Below, one piece after another: positions 17,373-24,655 of a stretch of DNA of 52,116 bases. This DNA comes from a virus. A program made the position numbers and the translations under genes. The stretch lies in IMG/VR virus record IMGVR_UViG_3300006141_000023; one strand, written 5' to 3'. A model generated the notes under the pieces. That model ran no database searches, was not told where the DNA came from, and worked only from the letters and a program-made list of their open reading frames with translations. The stretch's first letter is position 1, and every line of letters begins with the position of its first letter.

Positions 17373-18323
17373 TTATTTGAGCAGAAGTCTTCGCGCTCCC
17401 TGTACTTGGTGCGTGTATGCGGCAGCAAGGTCGGGGTGTTCGGCGACAAAGGCTTTATCGTCGAATTTGTTGCTTGGCTTCGGGGCTTTCCATGTGGCGA
17501 TGGTGTCTCCACCGTAGGAGAGTGCTTCTGCGTCTTCAAAAGCCATCTTCAGGGTTGCTTCAAGACTTTCCTTGCGCTCCTTGAGTGCGTCGAGTTCTTT
17601 CTTGACCACCTTGAGGTCTTGGTATGCCGAGAAGACCTCCTCGCTACACTCGATGATTTTCCCTCCTGTGTGGCGATTGTATTTGATGAGAACGTCGGCT
17701 ACGTTGACCGCGCTGGGTTCTTGACCTCCTACGATGTTGTCAGTCCAAAAGCGCGAGACGGAGTCGATGAGCCACTCGAAGAAGTCAGGCACGAGCTTGA
17801 GGTCTTGGTATCCGAAATCGAAACCTTGTCCGGCTGAAAGCCATGCGAGGCTACCCTGCGTATATCCGGCTACACCGAGCTGATACTGCACCTGCGCAAA
17901 CCAATATTTAGGGAGGTCTTCCGGGTCAACTTTCATGCGCGTGGTCTTGATTTCGAGGATGCCCTTATTGTCGTTGGCTCGGCTATCGTCTGAGAGCCAA
18001 TAGGTGCGGTCGGGGCTTACTTGGAGATAGGGACGGTCGTTGTCTCGGATAATCCAATCGATCGCGCTGCGCTTGATGATTTCGCGTCCTGTCGCGTCGT
18101 TCCACATCCGGCTGACTGCGTCTTCGAGGTGGTGTCCGTTGCGCATGGCTGCGTTCTCCTGTTTCGGCTCGTCGAGTCCTGTCTTGCGTCTCCATAGTTG
18201 GTAGGGGGTCTCCCACGGGTTGAGTCCTACGATTGTGGCAACCTCGGAGCTGCCGATTCCGCTCTTGCGGATTTCGAGCCATTCTTCACGGCTCTTGGGT
18301 CTGATGATGGTTACGTTGCTCAT
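17373..18323 (-). CDS. YqaJ/lambda-Exo-like recombination exonuclease
   Basis: WLEIRKSGIGSSEVATIVGLNPWETPYQLWRRKTG is the YqaJ N-terminal signature. The start is set at ATG 18323 (MSNVTII) because the longer ORF to 18413 overlaps the upstream gene and a hairpin. Confidence 0.75.
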   Translation of the reverse strand: MSNVTIIRPKSREEWLEIRKSGIGSSEVATIVGLNPWETPYQLWRRKTGLDEPKQENAAMRNGHHLEDAVSRMWNDATGREIIKRSAIDWIIRDNDRPYLQVSPDRTYWLSDDSRANDNKGILEIKTTRMKVDPEDLPKYWFAQVQYQLGVAGYTQGSLAWLSAGQGFDFGYQDLKLVPDFFEWLIDSVSRFWTDNIVGGQEPSAVNVADVLIKYNRHTGGKIIECSEEVFSAYQDLKVVKKELDALKERKESLEATLKMAFEDAEALSYGGDTIATWKAPKPSNKFDDKAFVAEHPDLAAAYTHQVQGARRLLLK

Positions 18324-18354
18324 TGTGCTGATGTCTTTTTTGAGGTTATGAAAT

Positions 18355-18376
18355 GGGGAGAGCCGAAGCCCTCCCC
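18355..18376 (-). other. GC-rich hairpin with UUCG loop immediately after the stop of the VR2-bearing ORF
   Basis: Minus sense: GGGGAGGGC-UUCG-GCUCUCCCC, a 9-bp stem including one G-U pair. Confidence 0.6.
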
Positions 18377-18382
18377 GGTGGA

Positions 18383-18982
18383 TTACTTGCAGAATAGGTT
18401 GAAATCCATCCAAAGGTCGATGAAGGTCTTCCCGGCGTAGTCCGCGAGCTTGTCGCTCTTAAAGCAAAGGCGAGAGCCGAAGGACGCAGTCGTAGACGAG
18501 GGGGCGTAACCCGAGGACGCAAAGGCGAGACCCGCCCATTCCCCTCGGTGGTACTGCATCGTAGTGAGGTGGCGGTCACGCTTCCATTCTTCGCTCTTTT
18601 CGGCGAGTTCCTCGTCTGTGTAGAGGAAAAACCACGGATACCATCGTTCTTCGTCCTGCGTGAACTGAGGCTCCCAGCCCTCGTTGAGTGCTGCCGTGAT
18701 GATGCGGAGCTTGAGGTATGCGACCACGTCGTTGTTGACGTTTGCTCCGGCTTTCTCGCTTTTGTCGTAGATGTCTCGGAACATCTGAACGTAGAGGTGG
18801 TCTTCGCCGAGTTCTGCACAGGCATCCGCGAATGTCTTGATGCGTTCCGTTACCGGGCGGTTGTCTGCCGGAGTGAAGTCGATGTCGGGGTAGAGGGTTT
18901 CGAGTACTTTGCAGGTGCTGTCTGCTCCTGTCTCTTTGGCTACGTTGTACGCCTTGATGATGTTTTCTTTTGTCGTTTCCAT
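18383..18982 (-). CDS. DGR target protein 2 (199 aa, function unknown) carrying variable repeat VR2
   Basis: The segment ...AGLAFASSGYAPSSTTASFGSRLCF is encoded by a 74-80 bp copy of the DGR template repeat in which only template-adenine positions differ. Confidence 0.75.
   Translation of the reverse strand: METTKENIIKAYNVAKETGADSTCKVLETLYPDIDFTPADNRPVTERIKTFADACAELGEDHLYVQMFRDIYDKSEKAGANVNNDVVAYLKLRIITAALNEGWEPQFTQDEERWYPWFFLYTDEELAEKSEEWKRDRHLTTMQYHRGEWAGLAFASSGYAPSSTTASFGSRLCFKSDKLADYAGKTFIDLWMDFNLFCK
18456..18535 (-). repeat. DGR variable repeat VR2 (remote)
   Basis: Ungapped alignment of 18462-18535 to TR 34767-34840 gives 16 mismatches. Fifteen fall at plus-strand T of TR (coding-strand A). 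The remaining one (TR 34772) is shared with VR1. Confidence 0.8.
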
Positions 18983-18988
18983 GTTCTT

Positions 18989-19921
18989 TTATTTTTTGGA
19001 TGATTTCTTGACTTTCTTTACCTCCCCGGTTTCGGGGTCTATTTCTTCAGCTTCGACATCCTCAACCGCCGGGGTAGCAGGGAGGGGGGCTTCGCCTGTT
19101 GCAGCAGCGAGGGCAGCCGCCGCTTTGTCCTTTGCTGTGGTTGCGTTCTTGACCGCTTCCGCTGCCGCCTGTGCTTCTTTCTCCGGGTCGATGAATGTTT
19201 CCTTGACCGTGGTCGTTCCCTCCTCTATGGCATTGCGGAGGGCGCGGAGTTCGAATATCATCCGTTGGTCGATTTCCTCGATGCTCTTGACACCGAGGTA
19301 TCGGAGCAACTGGTCGGTTTTTACCCCCACGCGGTTGTAGTAGGCGATGACGTTCTTGCGGCTCTGTTCGAGGTCGATTGATTGACCCATTGCCACCGCC
19401 TTGACATCATTGATGATTTTCTTGGTTATGGCTTTGGGAATGACTGCGAGGACTGCGTTTCGGAAGGCGATGCTGCTTGCTGCGTTCCCGGTCACAATCT
19501 GCATATCCTGTGAGTAGGTCTTGCCTGTGCGCGTAGTGATGGAGCGTGAGACCTCTTTGCAGACCGCTACGTTGCTTTCGAGGTCATGGCACATCGCCTG
19601 TGCTGTTATCATGCGTCCGTCGTTGCCGATGATTCGTGTCTGAATTCGGAGGTTGCCCCATGCGGAAGCGATGATTTCTGCCATTCGGACTGACAACCCC
19701 TCGATGAGCGAGTCGTTGCCATCTCTGTCCTTACGTCGGAGGACGTAGAAGCAGTCTTCTGCCGTCTCCTTGTCCATCTTGGCGAAGGTGGCGATTTTGT
19801 TCAGCACCTGTGACAAATCGCGTGGGTACTGCTTGGCGGTGGCTATCTGCATATCCACCTCGGTGCGGTTGATTGCTGCGAGCATCTCAGCTTGTTTTAC
19901 TTCGATGATTTCATTTTCCAT
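18989..19921 (-). CDS. single-strand annealing protein (RecT/Red-beta-like, called by synteny)
   Basis: 310 aa in the recombination module containing the YqaJ exonuclease, separated from it only by the VR2 ORF, with an Ala/Glu-rich low-complexity C-terminal tail. The family call is not verified by motif. Confidence 0.45.
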   Translation of the reverse strand: MENEIIEVKQAEMLAAINRTEVDMQIATAKQYPRDLSQVLNKIATFAKMDKETAEDCFYVLRRKDRDGNDSLIEGLSVRMAEIIASAWGNLRIQTRIIGNDGRMITAQAMCHDLESNVAVCKEVSRSITTRTGKTYSQDMQIVTGNAASSIAFRNAVLAVIPKAITKKIINDVKAVAMGQSIDLEQSRKNVIAYYNRVGVKTDQLLRYLGVKSIEEIDQRMIFELRALRNAIEEGTTTVKETFIDPEKEAQAAAEAVKNATTAKDKAAAALAAATGEAPLPATPAVEDVEAEEIDPETGEVKKVKKSSKK

Positions 19922-19954
19922 TTTGAATGGGTTTTGTGGGGTTTATAAATTGGG

Positions 19955-20359
19955 TTAGATTTTCCGTATGGGGGTCGCGGTCATGATTCTGTACCACTCG
20001 ATGCCGTCCTGTTCTGTGGGTTTGGCGGCAAGGAGGAAGGTTGCAGATTTCTCTGCTTTGACCGAGTCGAGGATTTCGATCGCGGCGGTTTTGTATTGCG
20101 CCCGGTATCCGCTTGTCGGCTTGCCTTGCGCCCGGAGCTTCATGCCGTCCAGCTTTTCCCCAAATGCGACGTACCAATCGTTGCGGCTCTCCTCATCTTT
20201 GGCGATAAGGATTCTTGTTTCGTTGGTCAGTCCGAGTTCTCGGATGCACTTGCTGTTGAAGCTGAAATAGCCACCTTTCCTGTTCGCGTTCACGAGGCGT
20301 TCCTGTGACTGCGGAAAATTGCCGCCTCCGTGCGCTCTTTTGATAATCTGTAGTTTCAT
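19955..20359 (-). CDS. hypothetical protein (134 aa)
   Basis: ORF in operon context. Confidence 0.5.
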   Translation of the reverse strand: MKLQIIKRAHGGGNFPQSQERLVNANRKGGYFSFNSKCIRELGLTNETRILIAKDEESRNDWYVAFGEKLDGMKLRAQGKPTSGYRAQYKTAAIEILDSVKAEKSATFLLAAKPTEQDGIEWYRIMTATPIRKI

Positions 20360-20372
20360 ATAGGTTGAGGGT

Positions 20373-20891
20373 TTAAAGTGCGACAGCGGCGAATTCTCGG
20401 CGTGTCTGCGTGATTATTCTGTTGGTCGTGTTGTTGATTGCAGTTGTGCCTATCCCGAAGGTGTCCGTAATATCCCGGCAGGAAAAGCCGAGCAGTCGGA
20501 GTTCAAGGATTCGCACGTCTCTGCGTGGGAATGTCGCCCGGATATGTCGTTGTATTTTTGCGACAATCTTTTCGGTCGAGGATTCTTCCGGCGCGTCTTC
20601 CATAGGGTCTGCGTCTTCGGAAGGAAGCAGAGAGAAGAACAACTCGTCGGGATGCCATGTGGAAAATGTCTCGCTGAGGTTCTTCCCGGAAAACTTGCGG
20701 TATGCTTTCATGAAGGCTACCTCGTAGCCGGCATGGTCATCTTCTGTCTCTGCAGTAGTGGCGAGGGTTAGGTATGCGTCTTGAAATGCGTCCTCGTCAA
20801 ATGCCGTGTAGAGGCTCAGTTTCTGTTTGAGCGCAGATGCGTTCTTGCAAATCCACTCGTTTAATGATACTGTGTGCATGGCTCTTTTCAT
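20373..20891 (-). CDS. sigma-70-family-like transcription factor (region 2/region 4 HTH)
   Basis: DAFQDAYLTL (region-2-like) and RDVRILELRLLGFSCRDITDTFGIGTTAINNTTNRI (region-4 HTH). The start at ATG 20891 forms an ATGA overlap with the upstream stop. Confidence 0.45.
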   Translation of the reverse strand: MKRAMHTVSLNEWICKNASALKQKLSLYTAFDEDAFQDAYLTLATTAETEDDHAGYEVAFMKAYRKFSGKNLSETFSTWHPDELFFSLLPSEDADPMEDAPEESSTEKIVAKIQRHIRATFPRRDVRILELRLLGFSCRDITDTFGIGTTAINNTTNRIITQTRREFAAVAL

Positions 20892-21178
20892 TTGTGGGTT
20901 GCTACATAGGTCTGCGCTTTGCTGTTTATCTCTCGCTGCGTTAAGACCTTGTTCTCGGTCATCCATGCTTCGAGTTCGTCTTTCTTGAAGTAGAGCTTGC
21001 CGTTCTTCTTGTAGTGTGGTATCCTCTTTTCACTCGTGAGCGTGTAGATGCCCTTGACGGTGTATCCTGTCAGCATTGCCGCTTCCTCCACGTCGATGAC
21101 GTTCTTTGCGGCGAGGAGTGTCGCGGTCTGCAATTGGTCGAACCGCCGCTCCATGTAGTCTCGTATCTCGCTTGTCAT
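20888..21178 (-). CDS. excisionase-family/MerR-like HTH DNA-binding protein
   Basis: IDVEEAAMLTGYTVKGIYTLTSEKRIPHYKKNGKLYFKKDELEAWM. Confidence 0.55.
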   Translation of the reverse strand: MTSEIRDYMERRFDQLQTATLLAAKNVIDVEEAAMLTGYTVKGIYTLTSEKRIPHYKKNGKLYFKKDELEAWMTENKVLTQREINSKAQTYVATHK

Positions 21179-21181
21179 GGT

Positions 21182-21412
21182 TCAGTCCTCCTCGTCTTCT
21201 TTGATTTCCGGGAGTAGTCCCTTTTTGTTGAGCCATTTCCCGGTGCGGAAACAAAGCCAAAGGCTTGCCATTGCTGCGAGCTTCGAGCCGAAAAACTTTA
21301 AATCGCTCATAGGCTGTCCGGGGATGTCCTCTCCGGCGAGGATAAAGAAAGAAATAACCGCCCAAATACCCAGCAGACTCAGCCGGATGTTCTGTTTTGT
21401 CTTGGCTTTCAT
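21182..21412 (-). CDS. small membrane protein (76 aa)
   Basis: Two hydrophobic segments: LLGIWAVISFFILAG and LAAMASLWLCF. Confidence 0.5.
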   Translation of the reverse strand: MKAKTKQNIRLSLLGIWAVISFFILAGEDIPGQPMSDLKFFGSKLAAMASLWLCFRTGKWLNKKGLLPEIKEDEED

Positions 21413-21642
21413 ACCGTCTCCTCCTGTGCGTTGTATCGTTCCTCCACTCGCTTCAAAATCACATAAAGCGTCGCGTTGGAGCGGATGTTATATTTCTGCA
21501 TCAGATACTTGTTGACCTCGGTTCGGCTCTGCCCCTCGATAGAGACAAGGTCGTTATACTCTTTGAAGACTGCGAGGTCTCGTGCTTCGCGCTCCTCTTG
21601 AAGCGCGGTCTTCTTTCGAAGTTGAGGTGTTGTCTGTTCCAT
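21409..21642 (-). CDS. hypothetical protein (77 aa)
   Basis: Overlap-coupled ORF. Confidence 0.5.
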   Translation of the reverse strand: MEQTTPQLRKKTALQEEREARDLAVFKEYNDLVSIEGQSRTEVNKYLMQKYNIRSNATLYVILKRVEERYNAQEETV

Positions 21643-21667
21643 TTTATCGGTACTTTAAATTCTTGTT

Positions 21668-21823
21668 TGGTAGAAGGGGCAGGATTCGAACCTGCTGCGC
21701 CGAGGTTTCATGTCGGTTCTCCGCAGACCCTCCCGAAATGCCGCCGGGCTTGCAATTCCGGCGACGGTTCTTATGTTTTGCCTTTCGGCTTTCCCGGCTC
21801 TCTTGCCGGAGGATTGCCCCTCT
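21668..21823 (-). ncRNA. GC-rich structured intergenic region ending in a tRNA-like T-arm/acceptor/ACCA (non-canonical tRNA, tRNA 3' fragment or attP core)
   Basis: The minus sense ends ...GCAGG-TTCGAAT-CCTGC-CCCTTCT-A-CCA. Upstream lie CCGAC-ATGAAAC-CTCGG (an anticodon-arm-like hairpin, U33, GAA) and further hairpins (GCC-GAAA-GGC; CGCCGG-N10-CCGGCG). No canonical D arm can be drawn. Confidence 0.4.
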
Positions 21824-21831
21824 CTTGGGGT

Positions 21832-22098
21832 CTAACCCTGTATCGTGAATGTCTCCTCAAAGGCGCAACCGTCTATCTTGGAGCAGTATGTCAATTCGTT
21901 ACGGGCGGCAAGTATGAGCATCCTGTTGGTTGAAAAGAAGAAGAAGTCCTGCGCTCTCGCTCCGCGCACCTCGTATCCGTGGCGGTCTTGGTCGTACTTG
22001 ATTGCTGTGATTGTGAATGCCGTGAGGCTTCCTGTAAAGCCGTCGTGGTAGCTTATTTTCTTGCCCACGAGTCCGTTGATGTCCGCTGTCTGTCCCAT
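21832..22098 (-). CDS. hypothetical protein (88 aa)
   Basis: ORF in the early operon. Confidence 0.5.
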   Translation of the reverse strand: MGQTADINGLVGKKISYHDGFTGSLTAFTITAIKYDQDRHGYEVRGARAQDFFFFSTNRMLILAARNELTYCSKIDGCAFEETFTIQG

Positions 22099-22101
22099 GT
22101 C

Positions 22102-22512
22102 TTATCGGAGATTGTCGGTTATGTATTCGTTGTCTGTCTCGCTCAGTGCGAAGCCTTTGTGCAGTTTCCATTTGATGCAGTCCTTGCGTCCGATGAGCGT
22201 GGCTGCTATCTTGTCGATCGCGTCTGCCGAGGCTTCCATGCCGCCCTGTCTGATTTCGTCGGCTTCCCGGAGCAGAGCATGGGCTGTGCTTTGTATCTTT
22301 GTCTCTTGGTCGCGTATCCATATCGATTGGCTGTTGACCCTATCTCCGAGTGTTTCGATGATGACGCTTCCTTTGTGCTTCTTGTAGTCCGCACAGAATG
22401 CGTCCTTATCAAGGTTTCCGGCGTTCAGGTAGATGGCATCTGCTGTGGCGTATTCTTCATCCGAGCAAAAGCCGAGGTATCCCATTCGGGTGCTGTATTC
22501 TTCGATTGTCAT
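22102..22512 (-). CDS. hypothetical protein (136 aa)
   Basis: ORF in the early operon. Confidence 0.55.
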   Translation of the reverse strand: MTIEEYSTRMGYLGFCSDEEYATADAIYLNAGNLDKDAFCADYKKHKGSVIIETLGDRVNSQSIWIRDQETKIQSTAHALLREADEIRQGGMEASADAIDKIAATLIGRKDCIKWKLHKGFALSETDNEYITDNLR

Positions 22513-22523
22513 AGTTGTTTCGG

Positions 22524-22746
22524 TTATGCGTTCTTGTCGTTTAGCTCGTCTTGGTTCTCAGCTACCTCCCATGTCTTGCCGGGGTTCAACTTTTCCATTC
22601 GTGCCTTTACGTCTTCAGGAGAATTCTCCGAGCCGGAGAATTCGTAGAAGGTGGGCTTGGCATAACGCTCGCCATTGTTCTTAATGCCGTAGAGCCATGC
22701 TCCTTTAGGCTGTCCGTTGCGGTTTTTTTGTCTTGGTCGGTCTCAT
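22524..22746 (-). pseudogene. first ORF of the leftward early operon, interrupted at a 7-nt homopolymer
   Basis: ATG 22746 opens a 13-codon frame. A 66-codon protein-like frame (...GAWLYGIKNNGERYAKPTFYEFSGSENSPEDVKARMEKLNPGKTWEV...) has no start codon. Removing one base from the T7 run at 22723-22729 joins them into 73 codons. Confidence 0.5.
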
Positions 22747-22819
22747 ATTCTTTTCAGTTAAATTTCCGTTTTTAGTTCTTTATTTGTATCTTTGCGCGTT
22801 CTTTCTTTTGGACGCGATG

Positions 22820-22850
22820 CAAAGTTAAACAAATTGTTTGGAATACCAAA
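22820..22850 (-). promoter_or_regulatory. leftward early promoter (Bacteroidota type) overlapped by a palindromic operator
   Basis: Minus sense: TTTG (22850..22847), 19 nt, TAACTTTG (22827..22820). The palindrome TTTGG-AATA-CCAAA (22837-22850) covers the -33 box. Confidence 0.6.
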
Positions 22851-22897
22851 TAAAATGTTTGGAAATATTAGCGTTAAAGAAAGTTAATAAATACATT

Positions 22898-23371
22898 ATG
22901 GCTGAAACAGAAAGACTTAGGGCAGTATTCGACTATCTTCGTGAGAACAAGATAGTTCGCAACCAGCAGGACTTTGTCGAGCGCATCGGCTCTGACAAGT
23001 CCACGGTATCTCAAATCTTAAATGGTCGCATTCCTATTCCAAATATTTTGTTTGGAAAGGTGGTCGCTGCCTTTCCGCAGTTTGATGAAGGGTGGTTGCG
23101 TTCAGGCGAGGGTTCGATGCTTAAACCGTCTGTGCAACAAACCTCGTATGGCGACCATTCTCCGAATGTAAACGGCGACGGCAATCATTTCGGGGGCTGC
23201 GCGTCTATTGACCGGGCATTTACCACTCTCGACAATTCTTTGGCTCAAAATGCTGCGATGCTTAAGACCCTTGATGCCGCCCTTGCCGAAATCGCCGCCC
23301 AGCGTGAACTCGTGGCTCAGTCAATGGCTCAGACCGCCATGCTCATTCAGTTGCTCCAAAATCAAAAATAA
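22898..23371 (+). CDS. XRE-type HTH repressor (cI-like)
   Basis: NQQDFVERIGSDKSTVSQILNGRIPIP...GWLRSGEGSM. It is divergent from the early operon. The start is set at ATG 22898. Confidence 0.65.
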   Translation: MAETERLRAVFDYLRENKIVRNQQDFVERIGSDKSTVSQILNGRIPIPNILFGKVVAAFPQFDEGWLRSGEGSMLKPSVQQTSYGDHSPNVNGDGNHFGGCASIDRAFTTLDNSLAQNAAMLKTLDAALAEIAAQRELVAQSMAQTAMLIQLLQNQK

Positions 23372-23377
23372 CCCGGT

Positions 23378-23815
23378 ATGGAAAAATTGCTATTTGCGGT
23401 TGTTGCCGTCATATCGCTCGTCTGTTCTGCACAGACCTCTAATGAAACGAAGACGAGTGTTGATGCGCTTAAATCCTCTATCCCATATCCCAAATACAAC
23501 ATAGGAGATACGCTGTTTATCGCCTTTATCAATGACCCGGAGGTTGCTGCTGATGCCGCTCGTTCTGCTGATGTGAGCGTCTCCAAAGTCCGCATCGTAG
23601 AGATGATGCTTTATAATACTTTTGGAGGTAAGGACTACCATAAGGGGGTATTTCTTAATTCTCCTGTCGAAGAGTTTCCTCTAAAATGGCAGTATCAGTT
23701 TCTCGATGTTTCGCTTCAAAATCCGAAATATGGAGACCGCTCGGAATTCCAAGATGAAGACCGCTTTTTCTCAAATCCCGAAGATGCCGCTTCATCTCTA
23801 ATAAGTCAGCAATAG
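23378..23815 (+). CDS. secreted protein/lipoprotein (lysogeny-module moron; superinfection-exclusion candidate)
   Basis: Signal peptide MEKLLFAVVAVISLVCSAQT with a lipobox-like LVC. Confidence 0.55.
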   Translation: MEKLLFAVVAVISLVCSAQTSNETKTSVDALKSSIPYPKYNIGDTLFIAFINDPEVAADAARSADVSVSKVRIVEMMLYNTFGGKDYHKGVFLNSPVEEFPLKWQYQFLDVSLQNPKYGDRSEFQDEDRFFSNPEDAASSLISQQ

Positions 23816-23906
23816 TTATTTTACTCAAAAATCGCCACACGGCGCGTTTGTTGTCTTTCGTGGGTGCTTGTTCCACCCGAAGCCAAACGGCGCGACACGC
23901 GGCAAA
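23811..23906 (-). promoter_or_regulatory. conserved leader element, copy b (antisense to the lysogeny genes)
   Basis: Minus sense: UUGCCGCGUG-UCGCGCCGUUUGGCUUCGGGUGGAACAAGCACCC...CGUGUGGCGAUUUUUGAGUAAAAUAACUA. Confidence 0.55.
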
Positions 23907-23920
23907 ACAAAGGCTATCTC

Positions 23921-24400
23921 ATGAATAATCGTCTTTTGGATATAATCAAGTATAAAACCGGTGGTCGGCAGAAAGCTTTTGCCGAGCTTCTCGGTTGGAC
24001 TCCTCAGTATCTCGCCAAGTTGTTGCGCGGCGATAATTTCGGGTTGCAGCCTGTGTTGACCCTCTTGGAAAAACTGCCGGAGATAAATGCCCGGTGGCTG
24101 CTCTTGGGTGTGGGCGAAATGCTGAACGATGATAAAGTTTTCGGTCTTCGACGGGAGACCTATTCTCGTGTGCAGTCTATCCTCATGTTCGACCGCTTCC
24201 TGTCCGTAATGTCTCCCGACGAAATCCATCGCTTTGAGGAGGTCTTGAGCGGCCAGTCCTACCCGGACTTCTCGGACGAGGAGGTTGCCCGGTGGGAGGC
24301 TCTGCTTGCTGAACGTCGGCAGTCGCTCGACGCTCGTGTAGATGATGCAATCGCTAAATCTGTAACGCCATGCAAACACCCGAAAGTCAAGCAATCGTGA
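23921..24400 (+). CDS. HTH DNA-binding protein
   Basis: RQKAFAELLGWTPQYLAKLLRGD...ARWLLLGVGEM. The start is set at ATG 23921. Confidence 0.6.
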   Translation: MNNRLLDIIKYKTGGRQKAFAELLGWTPQYLAKLLRGDNFGLQPVLTLLEKLPEINARWLLLGVGEMLNDDKVFGLRRETYSRVQSILMFDRFLSVMSPDEIHRFEEVLSGQSYPDFSDEEVARWEALLAERRQSLDARVDDAIAKSVTPCKHPKVKQS

Positions 24401-24642
24401 AGCGGTTCTTTGCCGCTCTCTATCGTCTGAAGGAAGACCGAAAAATCCGGGGCAAGCAGACCTTTACTCGTGAGTATGGTATCAATCGGTGGAACTTGAA
24501 CACATTGGAAAAAGAGCCGGAGCGCGACATCTTTCAAGTGTCATGGCTCTCGTATCTCGTGAGGGACTATGGCGTGTCTCCCATGTGGCTGCTTACAGGC
24601 TTCGGGGATTTCTACACAAAAAAAGCGGAGACCATTCGCTGA
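24370..24642 (+). CDS. small DNA-binding-like protein (90 aa)
   Basis: Its C-terminal MWLLTGFGDF motif is shared with the two upstream HTH proteins. Confidence 0.45.
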   Translation: MQTPESQAIVKRFFAALYRLKEDRKIRGKQTFTREYGINRWNLNTLEKEPERDIFQVSWLSYLVRDYGVSPMWLLTGFGDFYTKKAETIR

Positions 24643-24655
24643 CCTCCGCTTTCCG

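Noticed and set aside
18324-18413. 30-codon N-terminal extension of the exonuclease ORF
   Set aside because: It overlaps the stop of the upstream gene and reads through the UUCG hairpin. The YqaJ-like sequence begins at MSNVTII (ATG 18323).
21668-21823. tmRNA hypothesis for the tRNA-like region
   Set aside because: At about 156 nt it is too short. There is no tag reading frame ending in a stop and no convincing P2 helix or pseudoknots. Only the T-arm/acceptor end resembles a tRNA-like domain.
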